This document shows positions 1-8,718 of a stretch of 64,000 nucleotides of DNA, piece by piece. The stretch spans positions 3,141-67,140 of the forward strand of contig JAKAVV010000013.1 of the NCBI GenBank assembly GCA_021817145.1, given 5' to 3'. Both the position numbers and the translations under genes were made by a program. The notes beneath the pieces were generated by a model. It saw only the letters and a program-made list of their open reading frames with translations. It was not told the DNA's origin and made no database searches. This DNA is from a bacterium. GTDB lineage: Bacteria > Vulcanimicrobiota > JABDET01. Every line of letters begins with the position of its first letter. Position 1 is the first letter of the stretch.

Positions 1-711
1 CATGCCATGGATTTCACCTTGTTTTTAGGACTTCTCTCAGCAGGAGCAGGAGCGTTTTTGATCTTTCAAGTTCGGGATTACAAACGGTTATTTGCGTTTT
101 CAACCATTGAACAAATGGGGATTATTTTAACCGCTTCAAGTCTTGGTTCTACAACAGGAATGGCAGGGGCTGTTTTCCAAATTTTTACCCATGCTCTGAC
201 AAAATCTTTCTGTTTTTATGCTGCAGGTTCTGTCCTTCTGGTCACAGGCACAAGAGAGATCTCTTCTATCAAAGGGCTGCTCCGTCAATCCCCGTATGCA
301 GGAACATCTTTATTGTTGGGAGGATTAGCCCTTTCCGGGTTTCCTCCATTCGCTCTGTTCATGAGTGAATTTTTCATTTTAAAAACATGGATTTTTGCCG
401 GTTATGATTGGATCAGCGGAGTTCTTGCGGTTTTTCTTCTGGCTGCTTTTATTGGGATCTTGTTTCATATCAATCGAATGGTTTTTGGGAAATCCGAGAA
501 TTCAAAAAAGTCATCCCTTCCTTTCCCATGCAAGCTTTCTCTATTGATTTCTGCGATTCCCGTTCTCTTATTTGGAATCTGGATCCCTCCTTTTCTGCAT
601 CATCTTTTACATGCAGCTTCCCTTAGTTTGGTTAGAGTGACTGTAGTGAAAACCCACCCATTAAGCCTCATGTGCCAGATGCATTCCTTTTATAGGAGAG
701 GTGAGCGATGA
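1..711 (+). CDS. Antiporter-like membrane subunit, C-terminal part (NuoM/NuoN/MnhD family); 5' end outside window
   Basis: Reading frame is open from base 1 (H-A-M...). Polytopic hydrophobic sequence resembles complex-I/Mrp antiporter-like subunits (...FTHALTKSFCFYAAGSV..GLALSGFPPFALFMSEF...). Directly upstream of the NuoCD-like gene, with a 4-nt overlap. Confidence 0.55.
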   Translation, partial: HAMDFTLFLGLLSAGAGAFLIFQVRDYKRLFAFSTIEQMGIILTASSLGSTTGMAGAVFQIFTHALTKSFCFYAAGSVLLVTGTREISSIKGLLRQSPYAGTSLLLGGLALSGFPPFALFMSEFFILKTWIFAGYDWISGVLAVFLLAAFIGILFHINRMVFGKSENSKKSSLPFPCKLSLLISAIPVLLFGIWIPPFLHHLLHAASLSLVRVTVVKTHPLSLMCQMHSFYRRGER

Positions 712-2123
712 ATAAGATACAGCATGAGCAGTGTCCGCCAACAGAAATCCAAAAATTCTGCGAGAAAATACATAAATCAGGCTGCCAATTCGCTTCCTTA
801 ATAGCGGAAGAGATGGAAGCTGAATGGCTTTTGCATTACTGGTTTTACGGAAACGAATCTCAGGGACAGATCCTGGTTCATACCGCTCTGCAAAAGCCAG
901 AACACATTATTCCCAGCATCAGCCTTTCGATTCATGCCGCAGATTGGCATGAAAGAGAAATAGAGGATCTGTTTGGACTTGTTTTTGAAGGTCACCCGAA
1001 ATTAGGAGATTTTATTGTTCAGGCTGCAGGCTCTTTCTTAATGCCGATTGGACCTATTTATGGAGGAGGGTTCGAATCTTCCCATTTTCTTCTGGAAACA
1101 GTTGGAGAAGATGTGATTCACACCATTCGCCGTTTGTTCTATAAATATCGAGGAGTGGAAAAAATCGCGGAAAACAAAAGAATTGATCAGGTTCTTCAAC
1201 TCTCTGAACGGTATGCAGGAACATCCGCTTTCGCCCATTCTCTTGCTTTTTGTCAGGCTGTTGAACAAGCTTGCTTGATTAAAATTTCTGAACGAGCTGC
1301 GGGTTTAAGGATTTTTCTGGCTGAACTGGAACGTATTCGCCATCATATTGGAACCATTGAAAAAATCTGTGAATCCACAGGATTAGGAATTGCAGGCAGC
1401 CAAACCTCTCTTCTTCATGAAGACTGTTTAAGATTAACAGGAGAGCTTACAGGACACCGTTATTTCTTCGGGTTGAATACCCCAGGCGGCTTGCTCCGTG
1501 AATTTACAGATAGAGAGTGCGCTGAGAGTTTAAAAAAGTTAACCATTATCTTAAAACAGCTGCTTGAAATAGAGACCCTTTTAAAAAGAACCAGCAGTTT
1601 TCTGGACCGCCTGGAAGAGGTTGGAATTGTGTCTTTAAAAAACGCGGAGAAAGTGGGGCTTGTGGGTCCTGCAGCCAGAGCTTCAGGAGTTGAGCGAGAT
1701 TTAAGAGCCTGTCAGCCTTATGGGTTTTATGATCCAATTCAATTCTCTATTTCTTGTGAAAGCCAGGGGGATGGATATGCAAGACTCCGCATTCTTTTTT
1801 CTGAAGTGAGAGAATCTTTCCGAATCATGGAACAAATCTTGAAGATGCTCCCCAAAGGATCAGAGCTGCCAGAAAAGTTAGGAGAGCCAGAAAATGCCGA
1901 ATTTAAAGATGGAACAGGAATAGGATGGGTAGAAGCCCCTCTTGGAGCAGAGTTTCAATGGGTTCGAATCTCTGAAAAAGGGACGCTCGCCCGATATCGG
2001 ATCAGCCCCCCTTCTTTTGCGAATTGGCATGGATTTGATCTAGCTGCTGAAAATTTCGCTTTTCAAGATTTTCCAATTATCATGGCCACTTTCGGACTGT
2101 CAGTGGCTGAATGCGATCGATAA
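708..2123 (+). CDS. Fused NuoC/NuoD-like subunit (complex-I 30-kDa + 49-kDa; [NiFe]-hydrogenase large-subunit homolog) lacking the NiFe cysteine ligands
   Basis: N-terminal NuoC motif EREIEDLFGLVFEGHP. NuoD/HycE-like core GPIYGG..HFLLETVGEDV..YRGVEKIAE. Where hydrogenases have RxCGxCxxxH this protein has RYAGTSAFAH. C-terminus ends VAECDR rather than DPCxxCxxH/R. Confidence 0.8.
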   Translation: MNKIQHEQCPPTEIQKFCEKIHKSGCQFASLIAEEMEAEWLLHYWFYGNESQGQILVHTALQKPEHIIPSISLSIHAADWHEREIEDLFGLVFEGHPKLGDFIVQAAGSFLMPIGPIYGGGFESSHFLLETVGEDVIHTIRRLFYKYRGVEKIAENKRIDQVLQLSERYAGTSAFAHSLAFCQAVEQACLIKISERAAGLRIFLAELERIRHHIGTIEKICESTGLGIAGSQTSLLHEDCLRLTGELTGHRYFFGLNTPGGLLREFTDRECAESLKKLTIILKQLLEIETLLKRTSSFLDRLEEVGIVSLKNAEKVGLVGPAARASGVERDLRACQPYGFYDPIQFSISCESQGDGYARLRILFSEVRESFRIMEQILKMLPKGSELPEKLGEPENAEFKDGTGIGWVEAPLGAEFQWVRISEKGTLARYRISPPSFANWHGFDLAAENFAFQDFPIIMATFGLSVAECDR

Positions 2124-2137
2124 GTGGAGGAGGAAAA

Positions 2138-2689
2138 ATGTTTCAGTGGATTTTGCAAGGATTGAAAGCTGGAGTTAAAACTAAAGATTACTCCAGAGAA
2201 AGTGAGCTTTCTGCTGGAATCGCTCCAGAATTCCCAGAAAGTGAAACAGTGGAAAAACGAAAAATGAGAAAACTACCGAAAGCTTTTCAACACTCACTGA
2301 ATCTCTTTATTGTGGATACAGGGGACTGCGGCGCCTGCTTAAATGAAATAAAACGGTTAAACACTCCTTATTACAATTTTCATCATCTCGGCTTTTTCGT
2401 GACACCAACCCCAAGAAACGCGGATGTTCTTTTAATCATCGGTCCAATTGTCGAGCACATGAAATTACCATTAAAAAAAGCTTATGAGGCTATGCCTGAA
2501 CCTAAAAAAGTGATTGCTGTTGGAACCTGCCCTATTTCAGGATGCGTTTTTGGTCCAAGCTTTATTTCAAGCGGGGTGATTCCTTCTGATATTCCGGTTG
2601 ATCTTTCTGTTCCAGGATGTCCACCATCCCCTCTGGCAGTTTTAGATGCTTTAATGAAAATCGCGGGGAAAAACGAGATCCAGCCATGA
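2138..2689 (+). CDS. NuoB / hydrogenase small-subunit-like [4Fe-4S] protein
   Basis: Four conserved Cys in NuoB-type spacing (DCGACLNEI ... GTCPISGC ... VPGCPPSP). GGAGGAGG RBS 6 nt before the ATG at 2138; the ORF tracker's upstream alternative start at 2111 is less likely. Confidence 0.8.
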   Translation: MFQWILQGLKAGVKTKDYSRESELSAGIAPEFPESETVEKRKMRKLPKAFQHSLNLFIVDTGDCGACLNEIKRLNTPYYNFHHLGFFVTPTPRNADVLLIIGPIVEHMKLPLKKAYEAMPEPKKVIAVGTCPISGCVFGPSFISSGVIPSDIPVDLSVPGCPPSPLAVLDALMKIAGKNEIQP

Positions 2690-4791
2690 TATACCCCAAC
2701 CTCTTTTTCTATTTATTTTTAATTTTTTCTGGAATTGGAATGATTTTATCCATTCTTTTACCTATGGGAAAAAGACTGCAAGCCCTGGGATGGACAGGGG
2801 GATCCTCTGCTCTGACTCTGATTATATTAAGCGGTCTTATCCTTGCTGCTGGGGGAAATTTCAGGCTTTTCCATCTTCAAATTTGGAGATTTGGGATTGA
2901 CCCTTTTTCAGCTTGGTTTATTTTAATCACAGGACTTGTGTTCCTCCCTGTTTCAATTTTCTTAACAGAGCACAAGAAAAAAGCGGCGGGAAACTCCAGC
3001 TTGAAGTCCTTTGGAATCCTTTATCATGCCCTTCTCCTCTTTATCCCTCTTGTTTTCATGGCAAGAAATATTTTGTGTTTTCTTATTGTCTGGGAGATCA
3101 CGGCAGTCCTCAGTTATTTTCTCGTTCATGAAGGAGATGAACAAGGATCCAGCGCCCAGGCAGGGTACTTTATGCTGGTTTTCAGTGAAGCTGGTTTTTT
3201 CGCTTTCACCCTGGCTTTTTTATTAATTGCCGCAAGAGCAGACTCTCTTAATTTCGCAGCCATGGAAAAAATACACTTAAGCGCGGATCTGCAGTGGGTT
3301 GTTTTTCTCCTTTCATTTATCGGGTTTGGGATAAAAGCTGGAATCCTCCCCTTTAATCTATGGATTCCTAGGACATACAAACAAGCCTCTGAACCATTCC
3401 CCTTGATCTCCTCAGGAACTATGACAAACCTTGGGATTTACGGAATTTTACTCATCAATTTAAAATTTGCCCCCTTGCGCGCCCCTGGACCAGGATTGGT
3501 TCTACTGGTGTTTGGAGCAGTCACCGCTTTTCTCGGAATCGTGTATGCAGCCATTGAAAAGGATCTGCAAGAAATGCTTGCCCACAGCACGATTGAAAAT
3601 ATGGGGATTGCCCTGTGCGGATTTGGAGCAGGGTTTGTGTTCCTGGCAGAAAAATTTCCTGTTTTAGCAGCTATTGCGTTTACTGCTGGCTTTTATCATT
3701 TACTCAATCATTCCATTTATAAATCTCTTTTATTTATGGGAACAGGAAATATAATCTCAAAAACAGGGGTTCAAAACAGCGACAAACTGGGAGGACTGAT
3801 TAAAAGTATGCCGTGGACAGCTGCTTTCTTTTTAATCGGATCTCTGGCGATTTCAGCGATCCCTCCGTTTAACGGGTTTGTAAGCGAATGGCTGACTCTG
3901 CAGTCCCTGCTGCAGTCTTTTTCCCTTGAATCTCACTCTGTTAAACTGATCTTTGCTCTTTCAGGGGCGCTGCTGGCTCTAACAGCAGCCCTTGCTGCAA
4001 CCTGTTTTGTCAAAGGATTCGGAATGAATTTCTTAGGAGTTCCAAGAAGTCTTGAAGCAGAAAAAAGTCATGAAGCTGGAAAAGCCTCTTTGTTCTCTAT
4101 GGGGTTTTTAGCTCTGCTCTGTCTTTTTTTAGGAATTGCTCCAACTTATGTGATTCCTGTTATCAGCCGCATGATTCAACCTTACGTCAGTGCTAGCTCA
4201 ACTCAAGCTTTAGTTCCAAATTTTTTCCATCCAAAATCTTTAAATCCTGGCTTTGTTTCCACTTTTCATCGTCTAGGAGCCCAGGTCGGAAAATCGATTC
4301 TTCCAGGAAGAGGGCTGGTGGTTCTTCATCAAGGATTATCAAGAAACCCTGTTGTTTTTGCGATGTCAACTTCTTATGGGTTTCTCATCCTGCTCTTTCT
4401 TCTTGGGATCGCCTTTGGAATTGTATGGATTTTTACTCGTCAGAGAAAAGTTTCAAGGAAAGAAGTCTGGGCAGGCGGAATTCGAAGCCTTGTTCCAGAA
4501 ATGACTTATACAGCCAGCGGCTTTTCAAATCCAGTGAGCGTGATCTTCCAGGGAATTCTTCATCCCACCCAAACAAAAGAAACCAGAGAAGAGATTGCGG
4601 AACATTTTAGAACAGCCATTCGAATTGAAAAGCCGTCTATTCATTTAATGGATTACTGGATAATAACCCCTTTTTCTCAGGGATTAAAATTTATCAGCAT
4701 GGGATTAGGAAAGATGCACACAGGTAAATTAAATGCTTATGCAGCCTATATTTTTATCACTTTATTAATTTTACTCTTTTTGGCAAGATAA
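2686..4791 (+). CDS. Large antiporter-like membrane subunit (NuoL/MnhA/HyfB family)
   Basis: About 700 aa with many TM helices and the antiporter-family motif region (..HSTIENMGIALCGFG..FYHLLNHSIYKSLLFMG..). ATGA start/stop overlap with the NuoB-like gene (start trimmed from the tracker's 2617). Confidence 0.75.
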   Translation: MIYPNLFFYLFLIFSGIGMILSILLPMGKRLQALGWTGGSSALTLIILSGLILAAGGNFRLFHLQIWRFGIDPFSAWFILITGLVFLPVSIFLTEHKKKAAGNSSLKSFGILYHALLLFIPLVFMARNILCFLIVWEITAVLSYFLVHEGDEQGSSAQAGYFMLVFSEAGFFAFTLAFLLIAARADSLNFAAMEKIHLSADLQWVVFLLSFIGFGIKAGILPFNLWIPRTYKQASEPFPLISSGTMTNLGIYGILLINLKFAPLRAPGPGLVLLVFGAVTAFLGIVYAAIEKDLQEMLAHSTIENMGIALCGFGAGFVFLAEKFPVLAAIAFTAGFYHLLNHSIYKSLLFMGTGNIISKTGVQNSDKLGGLIKSMPWTAAFFLIGSLAISAIPPFNGFVSEWLTLQSLLQSFSLESHSVKLIFALSGALLALTAALAATCFVKGFGMNFLGVPRSLEAEKSHEAGKASLFSMGFLALLCLFLGIAPTYVIPVISRMIQPYVSASSTQALVPNFFHPKSLNPGFVSTFHRLGAQVGKSILPGRGLVVLHQGLSRNPVVFAMSTSYGFLILLFLLGIAFGIVWIFTRQRKVSRKEVWAGGIRSLVPEMTYTASGFSNPVSVIFQGILHPTQTKETREEIAEHFRTAIRIEKPSIHLMDYWIITPFSQGLKFISMGLGKMHTGKLNAYAAYIFITLLILLFLAR

Positions 4792-4935
4792 TGAGCTCAT
4801 TCAAAAAAGGGACCTTTATTGGGGATGAATGGAATCGAAAATTGAAATCAATTTTTCTCACTTTCTTTTCATTAATAATAACTTATCATTTCAATTTTGT
4901 TAATATCTAATAATTTAAAATTAGCGCAAAAATAA

Positions 4936-4964
4936 TTGACTTTTGATTTTTATTATGATAAAAT
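4936..4964 (+). promoter_or_regulatory. Sigma-70-like promoter (TTGACT - 17 nt - TAAAAT) upstream of the 4995 gene
   Basis: Near-consensus -35 TTGACT at 4936-4941, a 17-nt spacer and -10 TAAAAT at 4959-4964. An AT-rich UP-like region precedes it. A GAGG-type RBS lies about 12 nt before the ATG at 4995. Confidence 0.45.
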
Positions 4965-4994
4965 ATACTTAAAGAAAGAGGAAAAAGAGTAAAA

Positions 4995-5276
4995 ATGAAA
5001 ACCCTTCCTAAAGTAGAAAAAGAAAATATTGTTAGAATTCTGGAGCGGCTCAATGCAGCAGAACGAATTCTCATCGTAAAACAAAAGAATGGTCGACTCA
5101 GGTTTTATGATCCGCAAAAATATTATGAACACAATGCCTATTTAAAAAAAGCTGTTAAAGAATGGAAGCCGTGGAAAAAAAGAGAGAAATCTCCAGATTC
5201 TATGATTGAAGCTGTTGAACTCGGTTCTTCCAGCAATTTGTCTCGAACAGAAATTTACGGCGATCTTCAGCCTTAA
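4995..5276 (+). CDS. Hypothetical 93-aa protein; putative antitoxin partner of the downstream PIN toxin
   Basis: Stop is 2 nt before the PIN gene start. Lys/Glu-rich with no recognisable RHH/AbrB/Phd signature; the role is inferred from position only. Confidence 0.45.
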   Translation: MKTLPKVEKENIVRILERLNAAERILIVKQKNGRLRFYDPQKYYEHNAYLKKAVKEWKPWKKREKSPDSMIEAVELGSSSNLSRTEIYGDLQP

Positions 5277-5278
5277 AA

Positions 5279-5728
5279 ATGAAAAAGGTCGAATTTTTTG
5301 GCTTGGACACCAATATTCTGGTTTTCGCGTACGATTTGTCCAGCCCCAATCATGACAAAGCCAAGGCTATTTTAGAGGACGCCTTAAAAGGAGTTCGTAA
5401 AGTTTGCCTTTCTCATCAAGTTTTACGAGAATATTTTTCAGTTGTCACAAGAAAAGTAGAAAAGCCTTTAACCCCTCAAGAAGCGGCAAAAAGGGTCCTG
5501 TTTTTAAACCGTTCAAGACGAATAAAGAAAATTTATCCAAAGCGTTCTACTCTAAGAAGATGTATTGAATTTTGCTCAACCAGCAATATAAAAGGGGCCT
5601 TGGTTTTCGACTTGTTTTACGCCATGACTCTTGTTGATAATCATGTCCCCTATCTTTACACGCACAATGTTAAAGATTTCTTGTTTTTAAAGTCTCTTAA
5701 ACCCATTGATCCATTTCTGGAAGAATAG
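5279..5728 (+). CDS. PIN-domain ribonuclease (VapC-like toxin)
   Basis: PIN acidic-residue pattern: LDTNILV (D10), VLREY (E), LVFDLFYAMT (D), TLVDNHVPYLYTHNVKDF (D, D). About 149 aa. Tightly linked to the upstream small gene. Confidence 0.7.
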   Translation: MKKVEFFGLDTNILVFAYDLSSPNHDKAKAILEDALKGVRKVCLSHQVLREYFSVVTRKVEKPLTPQEAAKRVLFLNRSRRIKKIYPKRSTLRRCIEFCSTSNIKGALVFDLFYAMTLVDNHVPYLYTHNVKDFLFLKSLKPIDPFLEE

Positions 5729-5781
5729 CGAGGTTCCACTGTCCCAGGCAGCGCCTCATGAAAAAATAAAATATCGAACCG

Positions 5782-5805
5782 CTTCTGCGAAGCAGAAGGT
5801 TTTAC
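5782..5805 (+). terminator. Candidate rho-independent terminator after the PIN gene
   Basis: Perfect 7-bp stem CTTCTGC/GCAGAAG with a GAA triloop, followed by GTTTTAC. The T-run is short. Confidence 0.35.
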
Positions 5806-5892
5806 TTGATTCTGAGATAAAGTTTAATTTTATGGAAATGCATTACGAGACACACCTTCTGGATGAAAGGATCGGGAAAAAAAGGAGACATC

Positions 5893-5988
5893 ATGCCTAT
5901 TATTGTTGGATCAGAAGTTGAAACTTATCTTTATCAAATGCTTCCCGAACGAGATGCTGTTCTCACGAAAATGGAAGAAACTGGGTAA
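5893..5988 (+). pseudogene. Truncated N-terminal fragment of a class-I O-methyltransferase (caffeoyl-CoA OMT/YrrM-like)
   Basis: Strong RBS AAGGAG 5 nt before the ATG. The 31-aa product MPIIVGSEVETYLYQMLPERDAVLTKMEETG matches the conserved N-terminus of family-3 O-methyltransferases, then meets a stop. Downstream alternative frames (..PGLLTTIIPLRDG..) look like further remnants. Confidence 0.3.
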
Positions 5989-6100
5989 AAGCGATTCAAG
6001 AATTTAACAGACTGATTTACACAACTCCAGGGTTATTGACAACAATTATTCCGCTGCGAGATGGGGTTTCAGTCAGTCTGAAGATATAATTGCTGCTGTA

Positions 6101-7144
6101 TTAAGAGATCTGCTTATTTCGTAAATTCTCAATTTCATCTCTTAACTTTTCAATTGTCTTCTGACTCATTTCTACTTCTGCTTTCTGCCCGCTTAACTGC
6201 AGCTCAAGCGTTTTCTTGGCTTCAAGAACTTCCCACAATTTAAACTTTAAAGACGCTGCTTCACTGCTTTTTTCATTTAACTGATGGAGCAGCTCTTTGG
6301 ACCGCAGTTCCAGCCTTTTATTCTGAAACTCCAGCAGATCTCTTTCTGTTGGAGTTTCCTTCTCATGAGAAACAGATGGCTCAGAATGACTTTGTATTTT
6401 TTCTACTTTTATAGAGCCGCAGAATTTCCCCTTTTGATTAGAAAAAAGCCCTGGCGCTCCTGTTAGAAGATTCAAAACAAGAGCAGCTGCATCAATCTCT
6501 TCAGGAGTAAAAGGTCTCTTGTTTTTCCAGCCATTTTTGCCGCGAAAAGACTCAAGCTCTTTCTTTAGGTTTTCGAATCGAGAAATCGCATGATGAATAA
6601 GCTGTTTTATTCCTGGATTATTTTTGTGAAGCTGCATCAAAAGCTGCAAGTGGGGAACACAAATCCCATCGGATTGAGAATAAGCCCGATGAAACTCTGG
6701 ATCCTCGATAAAATCCAGGAGAGTTTTCAGGTATCGTTTTTCTGAGTCAACCACTTCTCTACAGAAGATACAGGGCGTTTGCAAAAAAAAAGCGCTTTTA
6801 CCAAAGCCCCCTCTCCACTTTGAAAATTTTAAAGAGGAAGAGGTTAAATTTTTCAGTTTTTCGATGAGCAGTTCTAAAATGTCGGCATAAAGAATTGAGA
6901 TTCCAAAAGCCGAATCCTGAATCTCTTTTAAAATTGAAGCATGCCAGGCACAGGGTCCAAAAGATTCATGGATTTGAGATCTCAACTCTGGATCATTCAC
7001 GTTTTCATAAAGGAAGTTTTTCATCTGTTTTCTCGCGTCTTCCTCCACACACACACAGACAGGACACCCCTTTTTGTTAAAAGCTTCTACAAGGGTAAAA
7101 TATCCGATAAATTTTTTATTCATACTTGGTATTCTCCCTATCAA
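6101..7144 (-). CDS. Hypothetical protein with two tandem CxxC...C-x-x-H zinc-ribbon-like modules and a long C-terminal coiled coil
   Basis: Module 1: CPVCVC..(about 35 aa)..PCAWH. Module 2: CIFC..(about 35 aa)..CVPH. The C-terminal roughly 100 aa are heptad-like and K/E/L/Q-rich (..LELRSKELLHQLNEK..KTLELQLSGQKAEVEMSQKTIEKLRDEIENLRNK). I recognise no family. Confidence 0.55.
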   Translation of the reverse strand: MIGRIPSMNKKFIGYFTLVEAFNKKGCPVCVCVEEDARKQMKNFLYENVNDPELRSQIHESFGPCAWHASILKEIQDSAFGISILYADILELLIEKLKNLTSSSLKFSKWRGGFGKSAFFLQTPCIFCREVVDSEKRYLKTLLDFIEDPEFHRAYSQSDGICVPHLQLLMQLHKNNPGIKQLIHHAISRFENLKKELESFRGKNGWKNKRPFTPEEIDAAALVLNLLTGAPGLFSNQKGKFCGSIKVEKIQSHSEPSVSHEKETPTERDLLEFQNKRLELRSKELLHQLNEKSSEAASLKFKLWEVLEAKKTLELQLSGQKAEVEMSQKTIEKLRDEIENLRNKQIS

Positions 7145-7391
7145 TTATTTTTTGCATCATCTTCCTTTGGATTACAGCAAGACGAGAAATGAACTGCTTG
7201 AGATCGGTAAATGAAAGAATCACTGCCCTCCTTTTCTTCCTACAAAAACAAGTAACAGCCTTATGATGGATCTCTTCGAGTGAAAATTCTATTTTCTCTT
7301 GATTTATCATCTCTACTGATGCGCCCTATTGATGCAGTTTGCCATTATCAAGAAAGGAAAGTGACTGCAGGAAGTAAAGATTATTCACTGG

Positions 7392-8132
7392 ATGTTTAAA
7401 GACCATTTTTCAAAAGTGGCTGATCGTTACGCAAAATATCGTCCCCAATATCCTGGTGCATTGTTTCGGTATCTCGCATCCCTTCCCCCAGAACATGATC
7501 TGGCATGGGACTGCGCGACTGGTAACGGTCAGGCTGCAGTAGGGCTTGCTCCTTATTTCAAGAAGATCGCTGCAGCGGATTTAAGCAGAGAGCAATTGTC
7601 CCAAGCAGCACATCATGAAAAGATAGAATACCATCTTGCTTCTGCAGAAGATTCAGGGATTGAAGCTGGATCTGTAGATCTCATCACAGTGGCAAATGCA
7701 GCGCACTGGTTTAATCTGGAACTTTTTTATCGGGAAGCAGAAAGAGTTTTGAAACCTGAAGGGAAGATTGCGGTTTGGTGCTATCTTCACTCGGGAATAA
7801 CAGAAGAGATAGACAGAATCGTAAAAAATTACGCTCATAAAATCCTTCAATCGTACTGGCCTCCTGAGAGAAAATATGTGGAAGAAAAATATCGAACCCT
7901 CCCTTTCCCATTCAAAGAGGTGAAAACTCCTGAGTTTAAGATTCAGCTGCAGTGGGATTTTTTTAATTTTACAGGGTATCTTAAAACCTGGTCGGCTTCT
8001 CAGCGGTATCTGGAGCAGCAAAAAAAAGATCCTCTTGAATTAATCGAAAAAGAGCTCAAAAAAGCATGGGGAAAGCTAGAAACCCTTCATGAAGTTTCAT
8101 GGAACATTTATCTTCGAGCAGGAGGAAAATAA
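7392..8132 (+). CDS. Class-I SAM-dependent methyltransferase (Methyltransf_11-like)
   Basis: Motif I region DCATGNGQAAVGLAPYF, with post-I acidic AADLS and motif II VDLITVANAAHWF. About 246 aa. Confidence 0.75.
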   Translation: MFKDHFSKVADRYAKYRPQYPGALFRYLASLPPEHDLAWDCATGNGQAAVGLAPYFKKIAAADLSREQLSQAAHHEKIEYHLASAEDSGIEAGSVDLITVANAAHWFNLELFYREAERVLKPEGKIAVWCYLHSGITEEIDRIVKNYAHKILQSYWPPERKYVEEKYRTLPFPFKEVKTPEFKIQLQWDFFNFTGYLKTWSASQRYLEQQKKDPLELIEKELKKAWGKLETLHEVSWNIYLRAGGK

Positions 8133-8163
8133 AAAGCTGAAATCTAGCTTACGCCCATGACTC

Positions 8164-8442
8164 TTATAGGTTTTTATTGGCAATTTGACGGTTGGTCCAG
8201 CCTGCCATTCTCAAAGACTTCCAAACCGAATCATTTTTGTGTCCGGGCCAGGACTGCACTGTTACCGTGGTATAATCAGAATGCTCAAACAAATCGCATA
8301 CTCTTAATTCACTAGCTGCTGATCCAATTCCAAGTCCAACAGCAAAAGCCCCTGCAGCAACAGCTGCCAAAATTTTCTTTTTACTTATTTTTTTTGAATG
8401 ACAGCCCCCTGAACTCTTTTCCATTCCTGTAATCGAACTCAT
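8164..8442 (-). CDS. Small glycine-zipper membrane protein (92 aa)
   Basis: Strong RBS AAGGAGGAG 9 nt upstream of the ATG. KKKILAAVAAGAFAVGLGIGSAAS is a glycine-zipper TM segment. Confidence 0.45.
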   Translation of the reverse strand: MSSITGMEKSSGGCHSKKISKKKILAAVAAGAFAVGLGIGSAASELRVCDLFEHSDYTTVTVQSWPGHKNDSVWKSLRMAGWTNRQIANKNL

Positions 8443-8718
8443 GATATTCTACTCCTCCTTTGCGCATTACTGTAACCTTAGAATACGACATAACCATTAA
8501 TTCACCATTAAATGAAAGTTAAAAAAACATTATGCAAAGGATCAGATTGTAACCAAAGTGTCAACACTTCTCATAATTTCAGGATACCATAACTGTTTTA
8601 GCCAATGAGTAATTGTGGAGACCAGGGGTGAAGAATGAATAAATGGGGATCCTCTATTTAAAAGAATTAACAATTTATTCATAGACGGATAGAGGTCTAT
8701 TCTCTATACTAGAAGAGC

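Noticed and set aside
4792-4935. AT-rich region upstream of the promoter, considered as a possible small-RNA or mobile-element end
   Set aside because: No inverted or direct repeats or structured motifs were found. It is best explained as an UP-element-like AT tract of the adjacent promoter.
7653-8021. 122-aa minus-strand ORF inside the methyltransferase gene
   Set aside because: It lies fully inside and antisense to a well-supported class-I MTase. It has no RBS and a low-complexity product, so it is a spurious shadow ORF.
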